A DNA stretch of 64,000 bases. It comes from Macrostomum lignano. Its lineage: Eukaryota. Shown piece after piece: positions 49,201-59,373 of the stretch. Under the pieces are notes generated by a model. That model searched no databases and had not been told where the DNA came from. It was given only the letters and a program-made list of their open reading frames with translations. The stretch covers positions 310,001 through 374,000 of the forward strand of contig NIVC01000031.1 of assembly GCA_002269645.1 (NCBI GenBank), given 5' to 3'. The position numbers and the translations under genes were made by a program. How positions within the stretch are numbered: the first letter of the stretch is position 1; each line of letters starts with the position of its first letter.

Positions 49201-50458
49201 CTTTATATGCCTTTAGGGGCATGAGGCTTCGAAGGCAGCAGTGAGCGAGTCCGTAAGTGCGGCCGCAAATTCATCTGCTTCCTCGCAGGTGTTGATGGAG
49301 ACTGGAGTGCTAGTGCAACGATAGGTCTCCTCCAGGGCAAGCCTGAAGGCGGTCCAGTCGGTATTCCTAGCATTCCGTTTCCAGTAAAGCTGGCCTGCGT
49401 TTCGGGCGCTGGCCAGCGTGAAGGAGATGAACTTGTGATCGGAGAGGGACGCCTCAGGGAGCACCCGCCACTCCCTAGTGCTCTGGAAGAGCCTGGGCGT
49501 GGTGAGGGTGGCATCCAGCACCTCCGATTGGCATCCGTTATTGAAGGTAGGGGTACTACCCGAGTTACAGAACTCAAGGGTTGTAGTAGCAATATAATCC
49601 AGGAAGTCTTCACCTCTCTGGTTTATATCAGAACTGCCCCAGTGGGTGTGGTGGGCATTGATGTCGCCTGCCACAAGCAGCTCATAATTTCTGGTGGAGC
49701 AGAGCTCGACCAGTGTGACAAGCTCTACTGGGATCATCTCGCCGACGCCCGGTAGGTAAACCGAGGCGATGAGGGTAGTCCTCCCAGGGAGTATGTCTTC
49801 AGACTGGATGACACAGATGTCCCTGGTGGACAGGTCCGATCTGAGCCATTCGTTAATAGAACTGGACACCATGATGCAGGATCTTGGTGCCAGGTTTCCC
49901 TCCCGGGTGTCAGCGGTTAAACACTGGTAGCCGGTGGGGACATGTTGGGGACTGCCCCTTAGCGTCCAAGGTTCCTGGATAAGGATAATCCCTGGCGTGT
50001 ATTGGTCAGTGTGCTTCAAGAGGTTGACTGAAGCAGCAATGCTGTGCTGCAGGTTGACCTGCAAGCAGTGGATGCCCTGGGAGAAAGTCATGTCTACTGT
50101 CCAGGGGAGGAGAAGAGCAACTCATTCTCAGCCTCATCGGTGAGAGTTGAGTCGCCAATTTCCATTGGCTCAGGCTCAGCCGCCTCCCCAGCCGCCGCGG
50201 AGGCGGACACGGCGCCCACGGCAGGTGAGTCACCTAGCCGCGCTACACCGCCCTCCTCCCCAGCGACTGGGGTACGGCTGCTGCCTTCGCCTTGCGCCCC
50301 GCCGTCGGGAGACTGAGCTCGGCCGGCAGCGTCCTCCTGGTGGTAATCCCACCAGTTGGAAGGCTGAGCCGTGCCGTCGTTCAGTTCCCTCGGCTGGCTT
50401 TCAGTGTCTTTGCGAGCGGCACGAGTCTGCTCGAGGTGAAGTCTCAGAGACCCCCAAC
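46278..50458 (-). mobile_element. Non-LTR retrotransposon (APE-RT-RNase H-CCHC; LOA/R1-group-like), 5'-truncated in probable ORF1, ORF2 disrupted
   Basis: ORF2 starts at 50091: QVNLQH..ILIQEPW..GDINAH..SDH (APE), YRSIKSFRPISL, PQGDVLSP, YADD (RT), FTDGS, ELLAI, SDSQAAL, WIPGH.G..GNELAD (RNase H), CPYC...H...C. There are two frameshifts (~49220, ~48660) and one in-frame TAA (48204). The 3' tail is (TAAGTCAAG)2. Confidence 0.92.
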
Positions 50459-51699
50459 TCTCAACCACATCAGCCGGTGTTTCTCCCTTGTTGTTCTTCA
50501 AGCTGAACATTTTGGCTCCGATTTGGTAAAAAATGAACTGAAGAGAGTCGACTGGCTGATGCTTAGCGGCCAAATGGACGGCCGTGTCACCTTCTTTGTC
50601 AGGAACTGTGAGACAGTCGTTGCCGAGCTCCTTCACCAGCCACTTCAGATTTAAATTGTCAGACTTCTGAGCAGCAAAGTGAAATGCTGCTCGATTCTGA
50701 AATTCTTCCTTTCAGCCGAAAGCAGTCAGTTCCGATCTGTCTCTTGATCCACTCCAGCGACTCGATGCCCTGATGCTGAGCGGCCAAATGGACGGCCGTG
50801 ACACCGTCTTCGTCAGGAACTGTGAGACAGTCGCTGCCGAGCTCCTTCACCAGCCACTTCAGATTTAAATTGTCAGACTTCTGAGCAGCAAAGTGAAATG
50901 CTGCTCGATTCTGAAATTCTTCCTTCAGCCGAAAGCAGTCAGTTCCGATCTGTCTCTTGATCCACTCCAGCGACTCGATGCCCTGATGCTGAGCGGCCAA
51001 ATGGACGGCCGTGACACCGTCTTCGTCAGGAACTGTGAGACAGTCGCTGCCGAGCTCCTTCACCAGCCACTTCAGATTTGAATTGTCAGACTTCTGAGCA
51101 GCAAAATGAAATGCTGTTCTATTCCACAGTCCTCCTTTCAGCCGAAAGCAGTCAGTTCCGATCTGTCTCTTGATCCACTCCAGCGACTCGATGCCCTGAT
51201 GCTGAGCGGCCAAATGGACGGCCGTGACACCGTCTTCGTCAGGAACTGTGAGACAGTCGCTGCCGAGCTCCTTCACCAGCCACTTTAGACAAGAACTGCT
51301 TTTTCTGTTCATAGCGGCAAAGTGAGCAACTGTCTTTCTTGATCCATGGACAATTCTCAAGCAGCCACTGCCTCCCTTCTTTTCAACCAGCTTCATCCAA
51401 GATTCGTCCTGATGCTGGGCAGCCAATTGCACTGGAGTCTTATACCTATCACATCTATCTGTCAGACAGCCGGGTCCGAATCTGTCAATCAGCAGCTCCA
51501 GGCACGACGAACTCACCGGCTTGCAGACCACGTGATGGACCAGCGGCATTCGAAGCTCTTCAGAGGGAAAGTCTTGCGTGTCGAAGCCGCCCACCTCCAG
51601 CTTGATGTTGCTGCCGACTTTACCGCACAATCGCTGCAGCTCCTCGCTGTCTCCAGCCTCCAGCGCCGCTCTCAGCTTCCGCTCCATCTGTGTTGCCAT
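50459..51699 (-). pseudogene. Ankyrin-repeat paralog 2 (starts MATQMERK), truncated after ...ETPADVVE and joined to the LINE
   Basis: High nucleotide similarity to 44480-45750. It has three 213-bp double-ANK units, a 1-nt frameshift near 50712, and no kinase exons. Confidence 0.85.
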
Positions 51700-52288
51700 G
51701 GCTACACTGCTTCTCCTAGCAGCGCTTCTCTGCCGATCTGCTGTCTGCCGCAGCTGTTCCACACGGCTTCAAGCTGAGTGCTTTGCTCTTCTTCAAGCGA
51801 ATTCGCCTGCCAGCTCAGCAGCAGCAGCAAAAGTCCCGCTGTCACAGACTGAAATCTCGGAGCTCTCCCTGTGCAGAGAAATTTGTTTAAATGGACTGAA
51901 GCCGATTCTCTTCTTTATCTTCAAGATCAGCTGTATAGGTTAGTTCAACTTTGACGCACTTGTATTAGGGAGACAGAGGGCAGTGTAAAACGATAGCGCA
52001 GTTGGTCGATATGTCGATGTGGAGCAGCGCCGCTGTACGATAAGCGGAGTTCTAAATAAGATAAGCGGGAGAGTAGCCTTATCAGTCTTTCCCAGGGAGA
52101 GTGTGCTTGGTTTTTAGTTCGTTCTGGCTCGCAGCCGAAAAGAAAGTCTTTTATTGCGCGGACTCAGTTTATTGCATAAATCTTCAAAACAGTCCACGGC
52201 GCCCTCCAAAGTCCGAAACCGCGTGTAACTCGCGTCTCTGATAAGGTATAAAATCTACCCTGTTTTCTATATATTCTGGGTCTTTAAT

Positions 52289-52503
52289 GTCACCACCCTT
52301 CTGCGTCACCACCCTTCTGTGTCACCACCCTTCTGCGTCACCACCCTTCTGCGTCACCACCCTTCTGCGTCACCACCCTTCTGCGTCACCACCTTTCTGC
52401 GTCACCACCCTTCTGCGTCACCACCCTTCTGCGTCACCACCCTTCTGCGTCACCACCCTTCTGCGTCACCACCCTTCTGCGTCACCACCTTCTGCGTCAC
52501 CAC
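52289..52503. repeat. 16-bp minisatellite (CACCACCCTTCTGCGT)n, second array
   Basis: About 13 copies. Confidence 0.95.
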
Positions 52504-53032
52504 ACTTCTGCTTTGATGGCTCTGTACGCAAGTTATCGAGGTGCTACTATCAGACCAAAGCAAGGCAAGGGTGTATGGAGCATCAAATACATTCAAATGA
52601 CACAGTAGAGCAGTTCAAGGATGCTGAAAAACCCGTACGAGTCCGTCGACCACAGAGACGATGCATGATGCAGAAAAATCAGCCAGGAAGGTGTATCCAG
52701 GAAGTTCGCAGCAGGCTGCAATTCCTAGTTAAAGTGGATGGCTACTCAGGCTGCTGGATAAACGTCAGGAACTTCGAACAAAACGCTTCGGTTCACAAGC
52801 TTATCAATGCGTGCTGTGACCTATTTTGTCCGATAGAAGTACCGGAATCGTTCTAGTCAGACTCGGGCCTCAGTTCAGAGCCAACGCCTTTGTCAATTTT
52901 CTGAAGAGCTGGGGGGAGTTGAGTCAAGAGTCTCATATTGCCTGACTATCACCAAAGCAATGGAAGGGCGGAATCTGCAGTTAATTCTGCTTAGAATATT
53001 ATCAGAGGATGTTGCCCATACAGCAGCCTGGC

Positions 53033-53161
53033 CTTGACTTAGCTGCAGGGGGCGTCCGGCGGATGCAGCGAGGAGGCGGAGGAGACCGCCCATTCCGCTA
53101 GAAAAAAATATGGAACGCTTCACGAATTTGCGTGTCATCCTTGCGCAGGGCCATGCTAATA

Positions 53162-53192
<31 letters not shown>

Positions 53193-53209
53193 ACTTCCGA
53201 AGCAAGTAC
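53033..53209 (-). mobile_element. U6 snRNA-LINE 3' end chimeric retrocopy
   Basis: U6 (53209-53102) is followed by 69 bp homologous to LINE 46287-46349. Perfect 12-bp TSD CAGCAGCCTGGC at 53021-53032 and 53210-53221. Confidence 0.92.
53102..53209 (-). ncRNA. RNU6: Full-length U6 snRNA copy (retro-pseudogene)
   Basis: GTACTTGCTTCGGAAGTACATATACTAAAATTGGAACGATACAGAGAATATTAGCATGGCCCTGCGCAAGGATGACACGCAAATTCGTGAAGCGTTCCATATTTTTTT. The ACAGAGA box and AGC triad are intact; AAGATT is changed to AATATT and one C is lost in GGCCCC relative to the canonical sequence. Confidence 0.97.
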
Positions 53210-54899
53210 CAGCAGCCTGGCTGGTGTTCCCCACGTCTATCGAAGTCGATATCAAATATGTGCTTTATTTTAATTACAGCGACAAATAACGACGTCATAC
53301 GTCGGCTGAACGTCGGTGTATTGTAAAAGTACATGTCTATTATCGACGGCATTGAACGTCGATGATATGCACCAGGCGACTTAAGAATGAATGCATGGAT
53401 CGAGAATTACCAAGACGGACAATCCCAGACCTGAGGATCAAAGGTCACTGGAGAGACCTCGAGTTAATGCCATCTGGAGAAAAATATCCCGCCAGTTCGG
53501 TTTCAGTACAGCCCACTGCTGCAGTCAAATATAATTTGTTTATTTAGTACACAAGGAACAATTATGACTCGTGAAGGGTAGATGGTGCAGATAATGCACT
53601 CGTTCCGTGAGATATCCATGGCCCCGATATAAAGACTAAGTGCTGAGAGGCAGGGCCGGCAAATAATCTAAAAACAACTTGGCTCTCTATCAGAGAGGCC
53701 CATACAATTAGTAAAATGCAGGTGACAACAGCCAGATCTCTTAAAGGACGGAGCTTGATTTGCGCATCAGTTCAGAACTTTTGAGTGCTTGTGATAATTT
53801 TGATCTGTAGTGTAATAGGTACAATATTCCCTACATGTAAACTGAATGACCATTGAATATGATTTAATATACTACTTTCATCTCACCTTTAATTTTATTG
53901 GAACTGTTGATTCAATTTTTTTGTTTGGTACAGTCTGCAATAAAATCAATTGTTTGATTAGTTTGAATTTTTTCAATGGTCTGAAGACAAACCTCATTCA
54001 CACTGTCAAAGCCATCAAATCACATAACCGGATGTACAAACAAATAAAAGTTGATGTACAAGCAAGGACAAGCCCTGGTGTACAAGACGTGAATTTTCAG
54101 TACTTCTAAGTGGATAGTATTTGAGCTGTAGACCGCTTCAGTGAATTCGTATTTATACTTTTTTGGCTGGACCGGCGTATCTATAAAACTGACAAATGGA
54201 TCAAATAAAATACACGAATACGCTAGTACAGCTAAAATACGCACCATAATTGTACTGAGCTTTTATTTGACGCTCTACTGATAGTAGAAATATAAGGAAA
54301 ATAATCTGAGAAAAAATCAATTGATAATATGTTTAATACTTGTATGCTGTCCTACTCAACTAATCAGCCAGCGGGCAGTTCATCAAGAGTAACGGCAGTT
54401 TCTCCGCCACGATAACTCTGAGTAGGCAGCACGCAGCGACAAGGGGGATCCATGCGGTGTTGAAAATCTTGGTAGCGCCACTGCCGTCCTGGCAAAGCTG
54501 CAGAAAACTGGGAATCATTCCCCACGATCAAATTGTAATTGGGGAATTATCAAATTCACTGAAATGGTAGCGATTTGTCAAGCATTATGGTATATTTCAT
54601 GCAATTAAATTATAATTAAATAAATGTACCAGAGAGGTGTGAAAACTTGGTATTACGATTCAAAGAAAGCGACTTGTAAGTTAGAAATTATGGGTAAATA
54701 TTTTAGCAATCATTTTTTGATAGAATTCCTGATATGACAGCTGGATTCTAAAGAACAAGTTGGCAGAAAATAATTGTGAGTACGCTCGTATAAATGGGCA
54801 CGCACTTGTGACTTAACAGAAAGCATTTCATTAAAAATTAAATGGATCTGTATCTTTGTTGCTAAGTCAAAGTCAGAGAATTTTGAATCAAAAAAAGCA

Positions 54900-55900
54900 A
54901 TTTAAATCGACAAGCCGACATAGCAAAAGAACCCAGGACCTCGCATGAAGTTAGGCAGTCAGCTCTGGGACACTGAAGCAGAAGCAGAGATTCCAGACAC
55001 ATTGTGATGCGGTAGCATGCTAGCATCGGCTTCAGCTTGGAAAATGCCCTCTCTGGTTCGCAGGTCAACACAGGCAGGGCCGCATGGACTGAAATTAAAA
55101 GTTCATAAAAGTTTGGAAACCTGACTTTCTTTCAGGAGCTGCAAGACCAGTGCAGCAGTGGCTGGACGGATCCTCAGAAGTCCTCATTCGTTGACCACTC
55201 TTTCCGCGACAGCATGAACTTCTGCTTCCAACAACAGACGGATCCGGCACCAAGCTGCATTTCTCTGCCTCTTGCACAAGAACCAGCAGCAGTTCCTCAA
55301 TCGTTATGGCGTCTTGAAAATTGGTTGGCAGCAGACAGCTTGGATTGAAAGCGCGCTGCTGTGGCCCAACGAAGCGCAGCTTGATGTCAATTATAACTTC
55401 ATCAGTGTGCCGGATGGTGCACAGCTGTTCTGAAGTCCTCTGCACTGGTGCTGGCACTAATTGACACAGACAGAAGCAATCCTGCCAAGTTCCCAAGGAC
55501 AATTGACACAGACAGAAGCAATCCTTTGCAGGTTGCTTCTGTCCAAGTTATTCAAGTCACCAGTTCATAATTTATTCCAGTGCGTGAGCAATAGTATAGG
55601 ATTTTTCGTTTGATTTCATAAAATTGTCATTTGATTTCGTCCATAAAAGTTGGCAGCGCGGCCATAGAGTCTATGGCAATAAAGTGCGCTGTTTTCCAAT
55701 TGAATTCATAACTTTGCCACTTCATTTCGACATACCCAGTAGAAAGGCAACAGAAAAGTCGATGCGCTTGTCCAGTACAGAAAGAACTTTTAAAAACAGA
55801 AAGCTGTGTATTTAAGTCACATGAGGAAGTAGGCAGTTGCAACAGTGAAATCAGTTATGTCCGCCAAAGTTAATGCTCGTTCGCTGCAACAAGCTACAAA
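54900..55900 (-). mobile_element. Degenerate hAT transposase remnant
   Basis: LPVLTCEPERAFSKLK...R.TM...EVL..FA at 54900-55085 matches the hAT C-terminal dimerisation domain. Weaker CTGQA / ALYCHRL traces lie near 55650-55790. Confidence 0.55.
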
Positions 55901-56323
55901 TTTCACATTATCTGCTGCTCATTGATGCACAGGGGCAGAAACCGCATCACATGTCGTTCCCAGGCAAGGCACTTCGCGGCGGAAATTTCCTCTAGTGCAA
56001 CGTAGCCGCAGCGGAAAAGCACCATGAGTCTCCACTGCGTTAGGTTGATGCCATCAGGCGGATAGGCGGACACCTCCAATAGTTGAACAATTGCTGCGGC
56101 AATATTCGCACCACTTAGTCGAGCATCTCTGCCGTGAGTTGCAGCTGCCAGCGATGTCGGACACAATTGCTCCAGAATCTCTGCTGGGTCCTCATTCTGC
56201 AGCACTGAGCCGTCAGCAGCCTCTGAGACAAGCTCAAAGCTGCACTCTCTTCATCAGAACAGTGCGCCAGTGATTGGTATGGGAGACCTGGCTAATTTGT
56301 CTTGCTTTCAGGCGCCTGAAAGC

Positions 56324-56665
56324 TATCATTTAGGCGCCTGAAATCGCCACAAGGTCGCCAGACACCCGAAGACTTGGGCACCATGTGCAGGGGCGATGAC
56401 CAAGGGCTGTTTGACCTGCGCACGATGCCGAACTGCTCCAGTAGTCGGAATTCTTCTTTGGCCACCGCCAGCTTGTCCGGTGGTAGGCGGCGGGGGTGGG
56501 CATGGACCGGCGGGCCGCTGGTCGGGATGTGGTGTTCAACCCCGTGGCGCGGCTGGGCTCGGGGGAAAATCAGCTCGGTGAGGGCAGGGAAATCTGCTAG
56601 CAGCTGGCAATATGGGTCCGCAACAGCGGCTGCGGAGAGCTGCAAACCAGGGCCGGCTCCGTTGT
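56324..56665 (-). mobile_element. Gypsy pol fragment (start of RT)
   Basis: HHIPTSGPPVHAHPRRLPPDKLAVAKEEF...SPWSSPLHMVPK...WRPCGDFRRLN, truncated at both ends. Confidence 0.88.
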
Positions 56666-59373
56666 CTCTTCGTGCTCTCGGTCGTCGCTGGCTGTCTCGT
56701 CGTGCTCTCGGTCGTCGCTGGCTGTCTCTTCGTGCTTTCGTTCATCGCTGGCTGTCTCGTCATGCTTTCGTTCATCGCGGGCTGATCTTCGTGTCGTCGT
56801 GTGTCGCCAGCTGGTCTTCGTGTCTTCGTGTCTCGCCGGCTGGTCTGTCGTCGTGTGTCATCGGCTAGTTGAGTTTAGAATTTTTGGGACTGACTATTTT
56901 TTCGATTTCACTGTTTGATAACAACGTTACCATTGATACTCAGTTTCACTCACTATTTTGATACTAACTGTTTGCGTAGATTTATCGTTTTTCATTTTTT
57001 CGCTATTTTTTCTTCTCGTCTTGGTCTTTTCTGCCGTGCTGAATGGAAGATCTAAAAAAGGATCGGGCAGTTTTGCGTCGTGCAGTGTCGTTGCTGGTTG
57101 ACAAGGTACAGCTTGTGGTGGCCGCATCAGGTGCTGGAAGTTCGGAAGATGAGATGCAGAGTCTGTTAAACGTGCTGAGTCTGAAGAGGTCCGAGTTGTA
57201 CCAAATTGATCAACAAATCGCTCGGTTTTTCGTTGACGAAAATGGAGAAGAAAGTGACAAGCTTCAAGAGGAAGTTGAACGAAGTAATGGCTACATGCTG
57301 AAACTGGAAGGAGCTGCTACGGGGCTGAAGAGGCTGCTGGACCGTCTTGCTGAATCGAGGAGTCGCGCGGCTTTAGCGTCACAAACGGCTGGTTCTGCTG
57401 GGTCGAGTCGTTGCAACGTAAAGCTGCCAAAACTCACTCTGCCAATATTCGATGGTAGCGATGCAACTCAGTGGCCGGAATTCAGCGGCCAATTCGATGC
57501 TGCCGTTCACAAGAACGACTGCCTATCAGATGTTGAGAAGTTCAGTTACCTCTTGGGTTGCTTGCGTGGTGAAGCTCGGCGTTGCGTCGACAACCTTCAG
57601 CTGACAGGACAAGACTATCATACTTCATGGGAGTTACTCGTAGATCGGTACGGCTCAAAAGAAAATTTAGTCCAACACTTTATGAAGAAGCTAGAAGCCG
57701 TGAAGTGTCCTTCCGACTCTACCCAATCGCTTCGAGCCTTCATTGGAGTTGATGGCTGCGAACGAGCTTGCTCAAGCCCTCGACGAAGTCCGCGCTGAAT
57801 ATCCGCATGGCTTCATCACCTGCTGGAGCGACAGCAGGGACGTTTTGTGGTGGCTCAAGTCGACACAAATTGTGGAAGCCATTCATTCAAAACAGAGTTT
57901 CCAACATTCGAACAGCTGTGGCACCGGAGAAGTGGCGGTTCTGCCCTGGGAGGGACAACCCCGCAGACATTGCGACCCGACCAGTCGTGCCAGGCGCATT
58001 CGATTCATCGTCCCCTTGGTTTCGGGGTCCTGAGTGGCTGTCTCTGGATTCCTCGCTCTGGCCGGAGCAACCTGTGATAGGCGACCAAAGCTCAAATCAT
58101 CGAGAAGATGCACACAGCTGCGCAGTCACACAGACGTCAACGTCAGAGGTACAATCGGCACGCATCCACTCCATCATCGAGGTGCAGCGCTACAATTCCT
58201 TGACTAGATTGCTGCGGGTCTCAGCGTGGGTTCTCCGTTTCATCAGCATTTTAAAACGGACGCGGCAGGCTACGACTGTCGAGCTGACGTCGGCAGAGCT
58301 GTTAAAATCGGAGGAGTTCTGGATTAAATCGCTGCAGTCGCGTGACTTCGAAGCCGACATTCGCAGTCTTCGCGACAGCACTGCCTGCACGCAGCTTAAC
58401 AAGAACCTCTCGCTTTTCTTGGACTCGAAAGGTGTTCTTCGTTGCGCAGGAAGGCTTGGAGACACTCAGCTTTCTGACGACACAAAGTCTCCGATTCTCT
58501 GCCCATTAGACCCCAGCTTCCAGACACTGCTCATCACGGATGCGCATCACAAAGTCGGTCATGGGGGAGCCTCCGCGACGTTAGTCCAACTTCGTGAGCG
58601 ATTCTGGCTACTGAAAGGGCGACAGAAGGTAAAATCTGTGCTCAAATCATGCAACACATGCATTCGATTGCAAGGGTTGCCGTACCATATTGCACAACCA
58701 GCACAGCTGCCGGCATCCCGTGTTACGGCGTGTCGTGCGTTCCAGCATGTTGGCCTCGATTACTGCGGCCCCCTCATCTACCGCAGGGGGGAGGATGACG
58801 GCCAACATAAAGCCTACATTCTATTGTTGACCTGTACTAGCACACGAGCAGTGCATCCCGAACTCGTCACTGACTTGACAACGCAGTCATTCCTTCTGAG
58901 CCTGAGACGCTTCTGTGCCCGCCGAGGTGTACCATCGATTATCTCTGACAACTTCAAAACCTTCCATGCGGCGGCCAGGCTACTGGATGCAGAAGAAGCT
59001 CCATTGCGGACTCAAGCAGGTCAAGATTTTCTGAGCAGCCGCCGAGTCACCTGGACATTCATTCCCGAGCGAGCTCCATGGATAGGAGGCTTCTACGAGA
59101 GGCTGGTCGGCGTAGTGAAATCAGTGCACAAGAAGACAATCGGAAGGGCATTCCTGACCGTCGAGGAGCTGTCGATAGTAATCTGTGAGACGGAAGCGGT
59201 TGTAAACTCAAGACCGCTTGGCTTTGTGTCTTCCGGCGAGCAATCAGAAGTCATCACACCTGGTCATTTCCTCGTTCTGCGCCGCCTGAAAAAGAACCAG
59301 AGGACGAAGCGGAAGTTTCAATGGTCCTGCCGCTTCCTGAAAGGCTCCGAAAGTCCAGACATTTGCTGAACAA

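Larger units (their letters stand above)
52700..53240 (+). mobile_element. Degenerate Gypsy-type integrase core, target of the U6/LINE insertion
   Basis: Across frameshifts: FLVKVDGYSG.WI.V...CDLF..VPE.F*SDSGPQFRANAFVNFLKSWG...PDYHQSNGRAESAVNSA. Confidence 0.7.

Noticed and set aside
46389-50091. Intact active LINE ORF2; also the + strand ORFs overlapping it
   Set aside because: ORF2 has two frameshifts and an in-frame stop (the frameshifts could be assembly errors). The + strand ORFs are antisense shadows of GC-rich coding DNA.
52700-52856. Chromodomain-like FLVKVDGY
   Set aside because: Downstream frames give SDSGPQF and QSNGRAE, identifying an integrase core.
53102-53209. Functional U6 gene
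   Set aside because: It is flanked by a TSD, fused to a LINE tail, inserted in integrase sequence rather than behind a U6 promoter, and carries two changes in conserved positions.
56600-57040. 5' LTR/PBS of the BEL element
   Set aside because: No match to 61385-61600 was seen; the leader abuts an antisense Gypsy fragment.
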